Shown: in pieces, positions 40,573-53,731 of the stretch | Position numbering within the stretch: position 1 is the stretch's first letter | Layout of the letters: each line of letters begins with the position of its first letter | Assembly: GCA_951406725.2 (NCBI GenBank) | Contig: OX597827.1 | Coordinates: 2,666,001 to 2,730,000 of the forward strand | Length of the DNA stretch: 64,000 nt | Origin: Octopus vulgaris | Lineage: Eukaryota | Direction: 5' to 3' | Program-made: the position numbers and the translations under genes | Notes under the pieces: generated by a model | The model's input: the letters and a program-made list of their open reading frames with translations, nothing else | Told to the model about the DNA's origin: nothing | Database searches by the model: none

Positions 40573-43500
40573 ACACACACACATGCACAGAGAGAGAGGG
40601 AGAGATAAATATACGTCGGACTTCCACTCAGTTTTCGTCGTCTAGCAAATTTGCTCACAAGAGATTAGTCGTATCGTCGACCTGATGCTACAGTAGAAAA
40701 TACTGCGCTGTGGGACTGAACCCGAAACCACGCAGTTGCGAGTGTCTAAAGAGACAAAAAGGGAGGGGAAGGAAGATAGATATACTTTCAAATAAGTTTC
40801 GAATGCAGATTTCACCGTTTTATACAAATCTTTTTACACCTTCATATCTACATGTATTCATGTCTTCACACATACATTAATGCTCTCTCTCTCATACACA
40901 CACAAGGCTTATCACTGAAAATAGAATATCTGCAACAACGTACGCTTGATGTAAAATGTATGTGTGTATGGGAGAAACAGACAGATGTTGGTCTCTGAAA
41001 TATATGGTTCCAACACAAGTACTTAGCTATCGGCAAAATTACTGTAGGTGGTTGTTGTGTGGTAATAACGACGGTGACGGTAAAGTAAATGCTTTTTTTG
41101 GTTAACGCACGTAACACAAGACAAGTTCACTTGATACCTTTCACCAGCGTTATTAACTTCCTTGTCATCTTTTCAATCGCAGCCGATCTTTTTCTGTAGC
41201 TTTTTATCCTTTTTTTTATTCCTTTATTTATTTTCTTCTATTGTTTCCTCATTTACCTGCAACATCATTCATTTTCTCTGTGGCTGTCAGGAATCATAAG
41301 CTGACACTGTTTTTGAAGAGATGCCATATTACACGGAAACGTTTCTCAGCAATTTACCAGAAACACTGAAAATTATGTTGTCCATATTAGAAGCGTAATA
41401 TCAGCAATTTATGCGATATCTGGCGAGAGAAATTTTTCGCCAGGCATTTATTTACTAGAGACAATTTTTCGAATGTTTCAAACTTAAGAGTGAATAATGA
41501 CTGATGAAATTTTACAGATTAAAGGCTTCTGAAAAACAAAATTCAAATGGAGTGGAAGCCGGTTGAAATGTTATCGAAACGAATAATTTTAAGTGCAAGA
41601 AAATGATATTTATGTGTGACTGTAATTTACGTTCTACCCATTTCCATTGTAGACGTGCAATTATGGAAATGTAATTTATATATCATGACGGTTTAAAGAT
41701 TGCTAGCTGGCTGCTCCTCCTCATTGCCTCGGTTCTTATGAAGAGATACGTTGTGATATGTCATCTAGAATTATGTCTGTCACATCAGCATTGCAGATAT
41801 TTCTTTATTAATATTGGAAGGCAGCGAACTGGCAGAATCGTTGGCAGGCCAGATAAAATCTCTGAGCGGTGTTTCGACTGTCTTTATGTTCCGAGCTCGA
41901 ATTCCGCCAAGGTCTACTTTGCTGTCATCATTTTGGTGTAAATGGAATAAGTACCAGTTGAGTACTCGGGCCGAAAGAATAGATACCTATTGAGCACTGG
42001 GGTCGATGACATCGACTAATCCCAACATCAAGAATTTCAGACTTTGTGCCTAAAGCAGAAAGAATTGTTTTCGTCTGTTTTTATGTTCTAAGCCCAAATT
42101 GTCTTTTGTCCTTTCGGGGTCGATGAAATAACAGTTGAGTACTGGGGTTGATGTAATCAACTAACCCAACCATCCATAAAAAAAATTTAGGCCCTGTACC
42201 TATAGTAGAAGGGATTATTATTGAAGGCGGCTAGCTGGCAGAATTGTTACCACGCCAGACAAGAAGTGCTTGGTGGCATTTCTCCTGGATCATTGCCAGA
42301 CAGCCTTTGGGTTTGCTGCCCTCTCTTTATCGCCCCCATGCAAGCATATACAGCAAATACAAAAGTGCTGTCGCCATATAATTGTCGTCCGGAGCGGACC
42401 CATCCCCCACCGTTGCCTCCCCGCCACCTATATATGCAATCAACCCAATGCCTATTTTTTACATAATGAATTTGCCTACCATATATACTATTCTACTTTG
42501 CATAAAACTTTAGCTCTATTGGTACTTCTGGCTCTCATTTTTTAAGTATTCTAGTGTGTCAATATTTTAACAATATGATGGTACCTTTTTAAATTATAAC
42601 ATTGCTTCGTAAATTAAAATCAAATAATTTTTAATTTTCAAATTTTATCCTTAGCTGCAAATATTTTAAGTAAAAATCTTTCTTGTTCTGTACTTTACCA
42701 GTTGTAATAAATTGTCCTGAACTTTTCCAAGTGTAATAACTTGTCCAGTAATTTTCCAGGTTTATAATCTTAAGAATATTATTTCCCTTGCTCGCATTTT
42801 TCCATGTAATCCATGTTTTTTTTTTTCCAGGCTTTGCTATTATGCTAATTAATAATGTGTCAATTAGCGGTGTCGTTGATAATTTTCTCCTTACCTCAAT
42901 GACGCCGGTGACATATTAAAAGTCCCTTATAGAACTATATTCATAAAAAGTATAGAACTATATTATCACCCTCAAAATTGAGAAACAAACACTCGTAACT
43001 GTTTTCTTTTAAAACTTCATTGCATTAAATTGATGCCATGAAATTCCTCGAATTGAGCTTAATTACAATATAGTTACAATATAATTACATTTAAGCTTAA
43101 TTAAAATATAGTTTGTTTTTAAAATAAAGTTAATTATACTAAAACCCAATTTTTGTCTTACTCATATTTTTTCATGATATTTTATCTCACAACTTTGATA
43201 CAAATTTTTTTTGCATGGGAACAAAACTATGAAATTCTTCGTGCGTTCTTCTATCATTTGCACTAAGATAAATATATTTTGCTTTTAAAATTAAAAAAGT
43301 CTATTTTGATCTAAACATAATTGGTGGCATTACTTACTCTCCTATAACGTTGCTACAAATTTTGATGTAAAACTTTTTTTTCTACTGAATCAAATCTCAA
43401 TTATGTTCTGCTAAAATGTAGCTAGGGATGGATCCTCTTCAAAAATGTTAAGTTTTCGATTTGGCTAAGAACTGAATTAGCGACAAGCTCTGAAATATGC

Positions 43501-43797
43501 TGCGTGTAAGTAAATTGCGGCCTTAAAAATATTCAACTACTACCGTAGTTGAATGATATATAATATGTGGGTGTGTGTATTATCTACCCACTGCTTTAAA
43601 ATCGGTGTTGGTTTGTTTACGTTCCCGTAACTAAGTGGTTTTGGAGAAGCAGCTGATAGAATAAATACCATACTTTAATAATAATAAAAAAATAAGTACT
43701 GAGATCGATTTGTGCGACCAAATCATTCAAGGTTGTGCCCCAGCATGGCCGCAGTCGAGTGAGTGAAACAAGCAAAAGATAAAGATAATGAAGATAT

Positions 43798-43870
43798 ATA
43801 TTCCACATAGATTATAAACAAATGGCCTCCAATCCTGAGGGGTCATTTGTTTATAATCTATGCGGAATAT
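43798..43870. repeat. Short fold-back hairpin (~32-bp arms)
   Basis: ATATTCCACATAGATTATAAACAAATGGCCTCC / GGGGTCATTTGTTTATAATCTATGCGGAATAT. Confidence 0.88.
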
Positions 43871-44497
43871 AAATAGAAGTTACTTCATTTCTCTAACACA
43901 TCCTGCTGTTGTTCGTATAGATCCAGAAGACCTATGAATTAGGTGTTCCAGGTGTGGAGACGGCGCTAGGCTTAAGGCAAGCAAGGTGATTGCTTAAGAC
44001 ATTAAAATCTGGTGGGGAGGAACCAGAAAAAAAAAAAAACCTATGTAAAAAAAATACCATATTTTACTTTAGCCTGCGTGGCGCCTTGAGCAAGCGGCTC
44101 CTCTAGCTCTGGGCTGACCAATGCCTTGTAAGTGAATTTGTGAATTTAGTAGGCAGAAACTGTGTGGAAGCCTGTCGTGTGTGTGTGTGTGTCCCCACTA
44201 TGGCTTGACAACCAGTGTTGGTTTGCTTACGTCCCTGCAATTCAGTACTAAGGCAAAAGCGACCGGTAGAATAAGTACCAAACTTCAGAACCAAGTATTT
44301 TGGTCGATTTTTTTTTTTTCGACTAAAACCTTTTAACTTGGTGCCACAGCATGGCCGCACTCCATTAACTAAAACGAGTAAAATGATGAAAGTATTATTA
44401 AAACTACTGATCCTTAGTTGTATTTAGCCATGGGTAGATGGGGTCACTGTTTATAGGACTTGTTTAGAGTGCTGAATATCTTAGGACTGGTTCTGTT

Positions 44498-44910
44498 GGA
44501 TCTTTTCGGTTTGAACGGCAGTTTTTTCTAGCGGTGTCATGAAATTGTCTCCCATAATTATGACCCTAGTAACGATCTATTGCATTTCAATCTGTTTTAG
44601 GGTTGGTTAGGGTGGGGGGGAAGGGTATCTTTTTTTTCTTCACAAATGTAAATAAACCCAATCTGTTTCTTAAACGAGGGACATATTCATACGGCACAGA
44701 ATGTTTTCACCTCAATAGACGTCATTGATTGGTTGAAATTGCAGAAATTGAAGAAAAAAACAACAACAAATATCTTACAAACTATAGAATTTTCTCAAAG
44801 CCAAGAGAAAAAGATGTTTTATAAACACATTCTACCAGTATACGAAGTTTAAAAGTGTTTAGTTACGTGGAAATTATTTTAAAAAACTGCCATTCAAACC
44901 GAAAAGATCC
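44498..44910. mobile_element. MITE with GG termini and an 8-bp TSD (Merlin-like signature)
   Basis: 30-bp TIR GGATCTTTTCGGTTTGAACGGCAGTTTTTT (1 mismatch); perfect TSD GTTCTGTT (44490-44497 / 44911-44918). The superfamily assignment is inference. Confidence 0.85.
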
Positions 44911-46066
44911 GTTCTGTTTTATATGTGACCATTGCGTTTTTGTGTATATTACAAGAGGGTAGGGTGTTATTGGAAGTAGATTTGGTTGTCATATTTGGTT
45001 ATTTCGGAACTAACGCGTAGATTCCGTGATAGCTTGTACCCTCATCATCTTGAAGGAAACAAGTGCAGTGACAGAGCTAGTATTGCTAGCTCGCCCTCAC
45101 TTTCTACTTGTTACCCTACTGAACAACTGTTTCCACGGTTGATATTTGTTTCGATGAGTGTGTTTGTCTGCTTGTGTGTATGTGGTCGTTTGCGAATCTG
45201 TTGTGTCCGTGTGTATTGTCTTGTGCGTATGTAGCTGTTCATGTCTCACTAGGATTCTGAGTGTGTATATAGGCGGTTGAGTGTGTTTCACAGTTCTGTC
45301 AATGTTTGTGTGCTTATGTGAATACGGTTGTATACGAAACTCTGTGTGTCTGCATCTTCATGTTTATTTCGTTGTAAAATGTGTCACTATAGAAATTCTG
45401 CGTGTGTGTCAGTTTGAAACGAGATATTCTTTCATCTTCCAACACCGTTCAATTAAAACCAGTTACTAAAATTAGTTATTAACCCCCCCCCCCCTAGTCA
45501 AATGCCTAGCAACCTGTTAACTAGCATACCAACCAGTCAACAAGCTCGTCTACCAATTAACCAACAAACAGACCAGCCATCCAACCAATCTACCAGCACG
45601 CCAGCTAACTAACCACCCAACTAACCGAACAGACAACCAGTTAACCAGCCAAACACCCGAGGCACAATTTCTAATCTACATCAGCATTATAAATTCATTT
45701 GGTGACGACAGCAGCCACAACAACAACAACCACAAATAGTGTTGATTACTTTTTTAACGTGTGTGAAATATCTACTAATGATCTATTTCGATAATTTATT
45801 TAAGAACTTTTTAATATTTTTGGTTATTTTTTTATGCTTAGTTTTTAGTCAGATAAAAGAGATAATTAGATTTCTTGTTTTAATTACTCTTATTATTGTT
45901 GGTGAGCTTGCAGAATCGTTAGCACGGTGGACAAATGGCATGGCTGCATTTCATTCACCTCTTTACGTTCTGAGTTCAAATTCCACTGAGATCGACTTAG
46001 TCTTTCATCTTATAGGGGCCGATAAAAGTACCAGTTGAGCACTGGGGTCGATGTAATCGACTAGCC

Positions 46067-46560
46067 CAGTGGTTCTCAATCATTTTTTTTTTTATTTAAG
46101 GACCCTTTTGATTGGTATTTTATTCTGATAACCCCTCCCCCCATATCCATCGGATGTTCAAAGAATAATTTTATAGATGCTTCTTTCAAAATTTCTATTT
46201 TATTTTTCATATATTGCTCAACTGATGCTTTTATCGACCCCTATAAGATGAAAGACAAAGTTGATCTCTGTGGAATTTGATCTCAGAACGTAAAGAGGTA
46301 GCTAAAATGCCGCCCTGCATTTTGTCCACTGTGGTGTCACTTCTGCAATTAATTAAAATTTTCAAATATTCATTTGTGTAGTTTGACTTTTGCAAAACGT
46401 TAGAAAAAAAACCAGCTGATTTTTTGCAATATATCTAAAGTAAAAAAAATTTCATGGACCCTAAAAATACTAACTTGGATTTCCAATTTGCTATTTTGCT
46501 TGCATGGAACCCCCAAAATGTATCGTCAGGGGTCATATGAGCCGCTATTGAGAATCACTG
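46067..46560. mobile_element. hAT-type MITE nested in a family A SINE and itself containing a family A fragment
   Basis: CAGTGGTTCTCAAT...ATTGAGAATCACTG; 8-bp TSD GACTAGCC/GACTGGCC. Host SINE ~45897-46066 resumes at 46569; inner SINE ~46215-46350(-). Confidence 0.82.
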
Positions 46561-46811
46561 GACTGGCCCCTTCCCCAAAATTCAGACTTTGTACCAATAA
46601 TAGGAAGAATTTTTTTATTAGTGTGGCGTATTGGCAGAATCGTTAGAGCGTCGGACAAAATATGCTTCGGTATTTTTCAGGCCTTTTTACATTCTTACGG
46701 AAGTTAACTTCGCCTCTAATTTTTTGCGGAGGCTATGAAATTAAATACTTGTCTGGTTTTGTAATCGACTTGCCCCTGCTCCCAAAATAGCCTATAGTAG
46801 AAAGGATTATC

Positions 46812-47215
46812 ATTATTTCGTTTGATTTCCATTTTATTTCATCTTCCGGCCGGGTCTCAACCAGAGGCACGTATATTCTAAATGGAGAGAAGGTTCCTAA
46901 GAAGGTGAACGGTTGATATCAACATATTTCTTTGAATCTCGTACATTGTCGGTTTCCCCGAGATCTGGTCAAAAACTTTGTCGGTACCTTTCTTTATCAT
47001 CTGCACAACAACAGGGGTGGCTTTGGTTTTAAATTTCCACGCCCTCATATCTCAATCTCAAGGTCCTTATATTTCGATATTTTTCAAATTCTTTTGCAAA
47101 GATATTTCTATCAATAAGCACTGACATTTCAATTAACAGGCATGTTTTCCGTCTTAGTCTTTGATGACGATATCTGGCCTGTTATCATTTATTTTTTCCT
47201 GCCTGTAAGTATCTC
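46812..47215 (-). mobile_element. 3' end of an R4/Dong-like non-LTR retrotransposon (restriction-like endonuclease domain), decayed
   Basis: Frameshift-corrected translation NRPDIVIKD...TCLLIEMSV..DRNI..KEFEK.SKYKDLEIEI.RAWKFKTKATPVVV...IQRNMLISTVHLLRNLLSI* (stop 46878-46880): PD-(D/E)xK-type RLE signature; short 3' UTR. Confidence 0.85.
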
Positions 47216-49909
47216 ATTGCACACTAGTGTTTCAGGCACAAAACATTTTATTATACAATTAACATAGAAAATGTTTTCATTTGGTTCGATTTACCACCAA
47301 AGGTAAATGGATGAAAGGCCTTGGCGAGATCTGAACGCGGAACGTTAAGAGCCAGAAGAAATGCCCCTAAGCATTTTGTCCGCCTTGCTAACGATTCTGC
47401 CGGGTCACCGCCCAAGGGAATGCTATGATTTGGTGAAAGAAACTGCAGATGTACATTCACGAGGTTAGTAAGTGTTGCTGACCGAGCTCTTGAATAATAT
47501 ATCCTGTTTATGACAGATGAACAGGATATATAATCAACACGTCAAATATTATGAAAAACTATTATCTCCCTTGTAATACCTACGGTAACTGGGTATTACA
47601 CACACGCACGCACGCACGCACGCACGCGCGACGGGCTTCCACATAGTTGCCAGTTAGCAAAAACAGATTCATTCACAAGACATTGATCAGCCTGAGGCCT
47701 AGGACTGAACCCAGAACTACGTGGTCGCAAAGCGAGCTTCTTAACCACACCCCTATATGTGTGTGTGCACGCGCGCTCCTGTATGTGCGAGGCCGGATTA
47801 AGACCCATGGAGACCCTAAGTACATAAAAGATTTTGGTGCCCCACATGTATGGTATACAAAATAGATAATAATTATAGTAATCCATAAAATAAAATTTCC
47901 CCTTCGAATATTATTTTAGCAGGTTTGAAGTGATTTCTTTTGTGGCGTAAACCATTTACCATAATGCCCTAAGCACGTGCTTATTTTGCTTAATGATTAA
48001 TCCCGTGGTGTGTGTGTGTGTGTGTGTGTGTCAGCATGTCATAGTTGTCAATGGGAGTAAGCGGAACAGTCCAAGCGAGGCCAGTTGATACTCCGAATGT
48101 AAGCTGACGCCAGGAGTAAAAAGGAGAGGAAATCGTTCTCTCTCGTTGCAGACTTTAAACCACATTTAAACCCATCTCGTGGAAAAATTCGCAACAATTT
48201 AACCTCGCCTCCATCCACCCCACTTTACCTGTCTCAGGTGTAAATGTCTCACTACCTGTAATCAATAACTCATTCACATTTCATAACAAATTTTTATTGT
48301 TATTTTTTCGTATTTTGGAAAGATTTGGGCGGTGGGTGGGGAAGAAGGAATGAAGTTATTTACTTTTTTGTTTATCCATATTTTTTGCTTGCAATTGATG
48401 TAGTTCTTCCATTTGTTCTCTCACTTCTTCACTTTCTCTTTTTCTCTTACTCATTCACACCACGCGCCTTCCTTCTATTTTACTTCTTAAATTCTCTCAT
48501 TTCTAACACGTCTTACTTTCACTCACTCTCACACACTTATTCTCTCACTCCCTCACTCATTAACTCTGACGCAGTCTCACTCTCACTCACTTATTCTCAC
48601 TCACTCACTCGCATTCTCTCATTCATTCGCTCGCTCTCTCTTTCTCACCCACTCATTCTCTCTTTCTCACTCACTCACTCACTCTCTCACTCATTCACTC
48701 ACTCACTCATTTTTACTCACTCACTCTCATTCACTCTCTCTCTCTCATTTACACACACTCTCTTTCTCTCTTTCACTCTCTCTCTCTTTTTCACACACAC
48801 ACACTCTCTCTCTCTCTCAAAAATTTCGCATATATTTTTCTTTCTTTTGCCACCTTCAATCACACACGTCTCTCTATTATTCGCCCTTTAACACATTCAC
48901 TTTCTTTCTATTATGCCTGTCTACACACACACACACACAGGTGGTTCTCGGTAAAATCTCCTCCACAGACAGAACAGACCAACTTTTTAAATCCAGGGTG
49001 TGTCAAAAATATTGATCTGCTGATAAAAACGATTTTTTTTTCTGTCTTTGCAGAATCTGAATCGTGAATAATATTTTCATATTGGAAAGTAAAGGACGGG
49101 GGGGGGGAGGATAATGAGCGACAAACAACAAATGCACTAAAACATAAAGGTAAAACAGAGAGAGAGAGAGAGAGAGAGGGGCAGTGAGTGAGTAGGCCAG
49201 ACAGAGAGAAGAGTATAGAAATGGGGAGACACATAGAGACGAGTCTATGTAAAGGGAAAGGAGGAGGTGCAGATAGACATAAGAGATGTAGATGCAGGCA
49301 GTTAGGCACGCAGACAGGCACACAAAGCGGGACATAGTGAGAGAGAGAGAGAGAGATAGAGAGCAACAGAAAGACAGAGAGAGAGAGAGCAACAGACAGA
49401 GCGACACAGAGAGAGAGAGAGAGAGAGCTAAAGGGAGAAAGAAAGAGAGAGAGCGAGCTAAAGAGAGAGAGAGCCAAAGGGAGAGAGAGAGAAAGTGAGC
49501 TAAAGAGAGAGGAGCTAAAGGGAGAAAGAGAGAGAGCTAGCTAAAGGGAGAGAGTGTGTGTGTGTGTGTGTAATGTAACTCGAGTTCAGTTTTGTCTTCT
49601 TGCTGAGACCTCACTAAAGATATTTCGTATACCAAAATTCATGTCATTAGTCCATTTCGGTTATTTCCCTTTGTTCAAGCATTTTGTCACAGACATAGAG
49701 AATGAGTACAAAGAGAGGAAGAAAGTACGGGGAGAGAAAGACAAAGAAAAGCAAAATGCAACAGAATGAAAATGTTTCATTGCCCAAACAAGTTCGAGTC
49801 CTTGCATCTGAGCAACGCTACTGCACAATGCACGTTGCGACTTTACGGTGCCATACCGTACAGACAGCCATCACCCCCCCACCACCACCACCACCACACA
49901 TGATTATAA

Positions 49910-50135
49910 CTGGCACTCCGCGTACTCTTAACGTAGTCCTCGAGGACATTCAGTGTGACACAGAATGTGACAAGGCTGGCCCTTTCAATTACAGGTGCTA
50001 CACAGTTTTGCCAGCCGAGTGGACTGGAACTAAATGAAATAAAGTGTCTTCTTGAAGGACGCAACGCGCCGCTGGTTTTCGAACTCGCGACCTAACGATC
50101 GCGAACCGAATGCCCTAACCACTAAACCACGCGTC
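49910..50135 (-). mobile_element. SINE with a CORE head and shortened tail type 2
   Basis: GCGTGGTTTAGTGGTTAGGG...GAGTTCGAAAACC...CCAGTCCACTCGGCTGGC...AAAGGGCCAGCCTTGTCACA...ACTACGTTAAG...GGAGTGCCA. Confidence 0.75.
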
Positions 50136-50804
50136 AGAATTACAGCTGATACATCACTCTAACTCAGGAGTGTTTCATTTATTAGATTTTCAAAACTTGA
50201 TTCGAAACTTCTCTTCAAGGAATGGTTCTGCTCTCTGAACAATGTGATCACGCCATGGCTCATTGTTAATTGATACGGATTTCTGCGTTTTTCGTTTCTT
50301 TTCTTTTTATTCTTGCATTTTTTTTTTTCATCACCCTGACACACAGACATACGCGTACAGAGAGGCACGCGCACATTTGCACACGCCCACATACATGCGC
50401 GCGCTTTCCGGCACGCATAGGCGCACACATGTACACACTCCCGTGCACACACAAAGTATATATACACTAACATGCATGAATATGCATTCATACATAATAT
50501 ACATACACGCACACACCCAGTTAAGCGCACACATATACAAACACACACATTAATACAAAAACACACACACACACACATACAGATACACACGTAAACACAA
50601 ACACATTTTGTACTAATGACTCGCTGACCTATTAATTAATTAATTGATTTATTAATTATTCTACGACACAGTGTAAATGGGAGCTTCTGAATGGCAGTTT
50701 AACTTGCCAAAAATAGCGACCAACTCCTCACTCAAATTCCAACTTATCGCCTTGTAAAATAAATGGCACATTAGTTAATGTAGGTCTCGATAGACTGTCT
50801 AGTG

Positions 50805-51005
50805 CAGTGATTTTCAACCAGGGTTCCGCCAGTACAGTCCAGGGGTTCCGCAAGAAGTTACAAAACTGCTAAAATCAGCAGTAATTTTCAATTCTCCTGT
50901 GCAGATATGTGTGCATAAAACTATTAAATTATTGCACTGAGGTTCCTCGAGACAGTGGAATGTTTCCTTGGGGTTCCGCTCCAGCAAAAAGTTTGAAAAG
51001 CACTG
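50805..51005. mobile_element. hAT (Charlie-like) MITE
   Basis: CAGTGATTTTCAAC...GTTTGAAAAGCACTG; perfect 8-bp TSD GTCTAGTG (50797-50804 / 51006-51013). Confidence 0.88.
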
Positions 51006-51008
51006 GTC

Positions 51009-51281
51009 TAGTGGTTCCCAAACTTTTTCGAGTTGCCGCCCCTTAGCACCCGGGTCACATTGCTAGCGCCATCCCACCCACTCACCGCCACAAACATAGA
51101 CCATTTTCTGCAGAAAATTCAAAACAACTGTATTTCACAAATTGAACTTAACCTGAATAAACCATTATTTTCTTGTTTTTACATCCATCGCCTTCCTTTT
51201 GGTCACTCCATTTCTTCAACACCGCCACCCCAGATCTTTCACCGCCCCAGGAGTCAGTACCACCCACTTTGGGAACCACTG
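51009..51281. mobile_element. Second hAT (Charlie-like) MITE whose left end was the target of the first
   Basis: TAGTGGTTCCCAAA...TTTGGGAACCACTG followed by GTCTAGAA (NTCTAGAN-type target). Confidence 0.8.
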
Positions 51282-51741
51282 GTCTAGAATCTTGTTAAAT
51301 TCCCTCCAACCACCGATTTTTCACGAGATTATTTTCAAAAAATATAACTTGTACGCAGTTTTACATAATGATGACGAAAATTGCTTTCATTATTTTTTTG
51401 TCAAGCAATTTAGAATTAAAGAAATTACAAGCTTCTAAATTTATGGAATTCAATAAAAGTTATGTATACTGATCGCTTGAGCCACGGAGATCAGTACAAA
51501 CGAAACCTTTACATGGTCTCTCGAAGTACAAGAAATAGCAGCTAAAACTTCTTTAAACAACACCATAGCGTCTATATATATATAAGGACGATGCCTTGTG
51601 TCACAGTGTAGCGTATTTCCCCGCTTGAGGCAGGACCAAGTTCGCTCCTCATGTTAAGTGTTATCAAAAGCTTTTAATGTTAATCTCTGCGGATGTTAGC
51701 TTTTATCGAAGCAAATCAATATACTTTCTTTTTTCTTCGAC

Positions 51742-51969
51742 TCTTTTACTCTTCTGCTTGTTTTAGTCATTTGACTGTGGCCATGCTGGAGCACCGCCTT
51801 TAGTCGAGCAAATCGACCCTAGGACCTATTCTTTGTAAGTCTAGTACTTATTCTATCGGTTTCTTTTGCCGAACCGCTAAGTTAAGGGGGCGTAAACACA
51901 CCAGCATCGGGTGTCAAGCGATGTTGGGGGAGGGGGACAAACACAGACACAAACATATACACACACATG

Positions 51970-52014
<45 letters not shown>

Positions 52015-52187
52015 GTATATATACGACGGGCTTCTTTCAGTTTCCGTCTACCAAATCCACTCACAAGGCTTTGGTAAGGCCCAAGGCTGTAGTAGAAGAC
52101 ACTTGCCCAAGGTGCCACGCAGTGGGACTGAACCCGGAACCATGTGGTTGGTAAGCAAGCTACTTACCACACAGCCACTCCTACGCC
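51742..52187 (-). mobile_element. Family B SINE, full length
   Basis: Head GGCGTAGGAGTGGCTGTGTGG, B-box-like GGTTCAGTCCC, CORE-like CTTGGGCAAGTGTCTT, internal (TA)n, tail ...CAGTCAAATGACT. Other copies at ~44075-44385, 52830-53195, 59405-59818 and 60835-61195. Confidence 0.9.
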
Positions 52188-53428
52188 TAAAATTCTGATA
52201 AAATTGTTAAACTTTGGTGGTGAATATAGAACTGCTTAAAAGAAAAAGTAACTAATTCATTTTCCAAAGCAATTACGAAAATGGCACGAATTGAGTTGAC
52301 AGGAATTAGGGTTATGTCACTTATATCGGACTCACAGAACTTGTCTAGCACTTATTTTATCAACCCTGGAGAATGGCTAAAAGACAAAGTTTGTAGGTGG
52401 ATCATATCTGAACACCACCAGGTATATCGTATGTCACTCTGCCTATCCTTTCAATCCAGCAAGCTACGAAGTTTTCTTTCAAAACAGTAGAATTAGACGG
52501 TACTTTATTCTTGCATTTTAAAAAAAATTTAAACTAGCATCACCCGACAAAAACAGTTGAGTTTGAGAAAAGACAAGACATTATTGGTATAGTACCACAT
52601 ATCACGTGTCTGAAGCAAGAGTAAGTGGAGAATGTAGATCTGCGAATGCAAGACAAAGAGATCAAACAGATGGCGAGGGCGCCTATGAAGCAATGAGCAT
52701 TCAGAATTTCATTCTAAGCGAAAGTTGCAAGAGCCTTTGACTGGGATATACTGGCCCAAACTGGAGCCTAGCAGCCAGTAATACACGTCAGAGAAGTTAG
52801 GTCTACTGACAGAAATTGCTACAATTTTTTTACCTTTCACTGTTTTCAGTTATTAGAGCATGCTGGGGTACCTAACACCTTGAAGGATCGAGTCGTAAAA
52901 CACGACCCCGGTACCTAGTTTTAAGTCAGGTGTTCTACTAGTCTCTTTTTGCTAGAGCTCTAGTTTACAAGGACATAAATGAATTAACACCGGTTGTCAA
53001 GCAGCGGGGAGAACACACACATACATACATAGACACAAATACACGGTGATCTTCCACACAGTTTCCGTCAACCAAATTCACTCACAAGGCATTGGTCATC
53101 CTGGGGGCAATAGTAGACATTTGCCCAAGGTGCTGCGCAACAGGACCGAACCCAAAACCACGTGGCTTTAAAGCGAGCTTCTTAACCACACAGCCGTTTA
53201 CTTGACAATAAGGATTGCAATTTGAGACACCGTTTTGCACCTGTATAGCAACACACACACACACACAGTCCACATACACATGCACACGCTTACATATGCA
53301 CATACACCGCACGCACGCACACTCGCACACACAATGTCCACATACACACGCGAACACGCAGGCGCATTCACGCGCACGTGCGCAATGTCTACATACACAC
53401 GCACGCGTACTCTTTCGCACGCTTGCAA

Positions 53429-53459
<31 letters not shown>

Positions 53460-53464
53460 TATCG

Positions 53465-53731
53465 GGTACTACTTGAGAACAGTGGTCCCGGTGCGCGCAC
53501 TCGCGTAGTCGCGCTAGCTAGTCGTGACTAGTCGATTCTACGACTACCTAGCAAAGTAAATAAAACGCAAAATAATTTTTTGCACAAAGTAAATAATTTT
53601 TTAAAACAAAGTAAAATAAAACACAAAATAATTTTTTAAAACAAAGTAAGGATCGACTAGTCATGACTAGCTAGCACGGATGCGCGAGTACGCGAGTGCG
53701 CCCACCGGGACCACTCTTCTTAAGTAGTACC
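53465..53731. mobile_element. MITE with long (~75-85 bp) CpG-rich TIRs and a 9-bp TSD (Merlin- or MULE-like)
   Basis: GGTACTACTTGAGAACAGTGGTCCCGGTG... / ...CACCGGGACCACTCTTCTTAAGTAGTACC; TSD CACATATCG / CACATATTG; AT-rich internally repeated centre. Confidence 0.85.
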
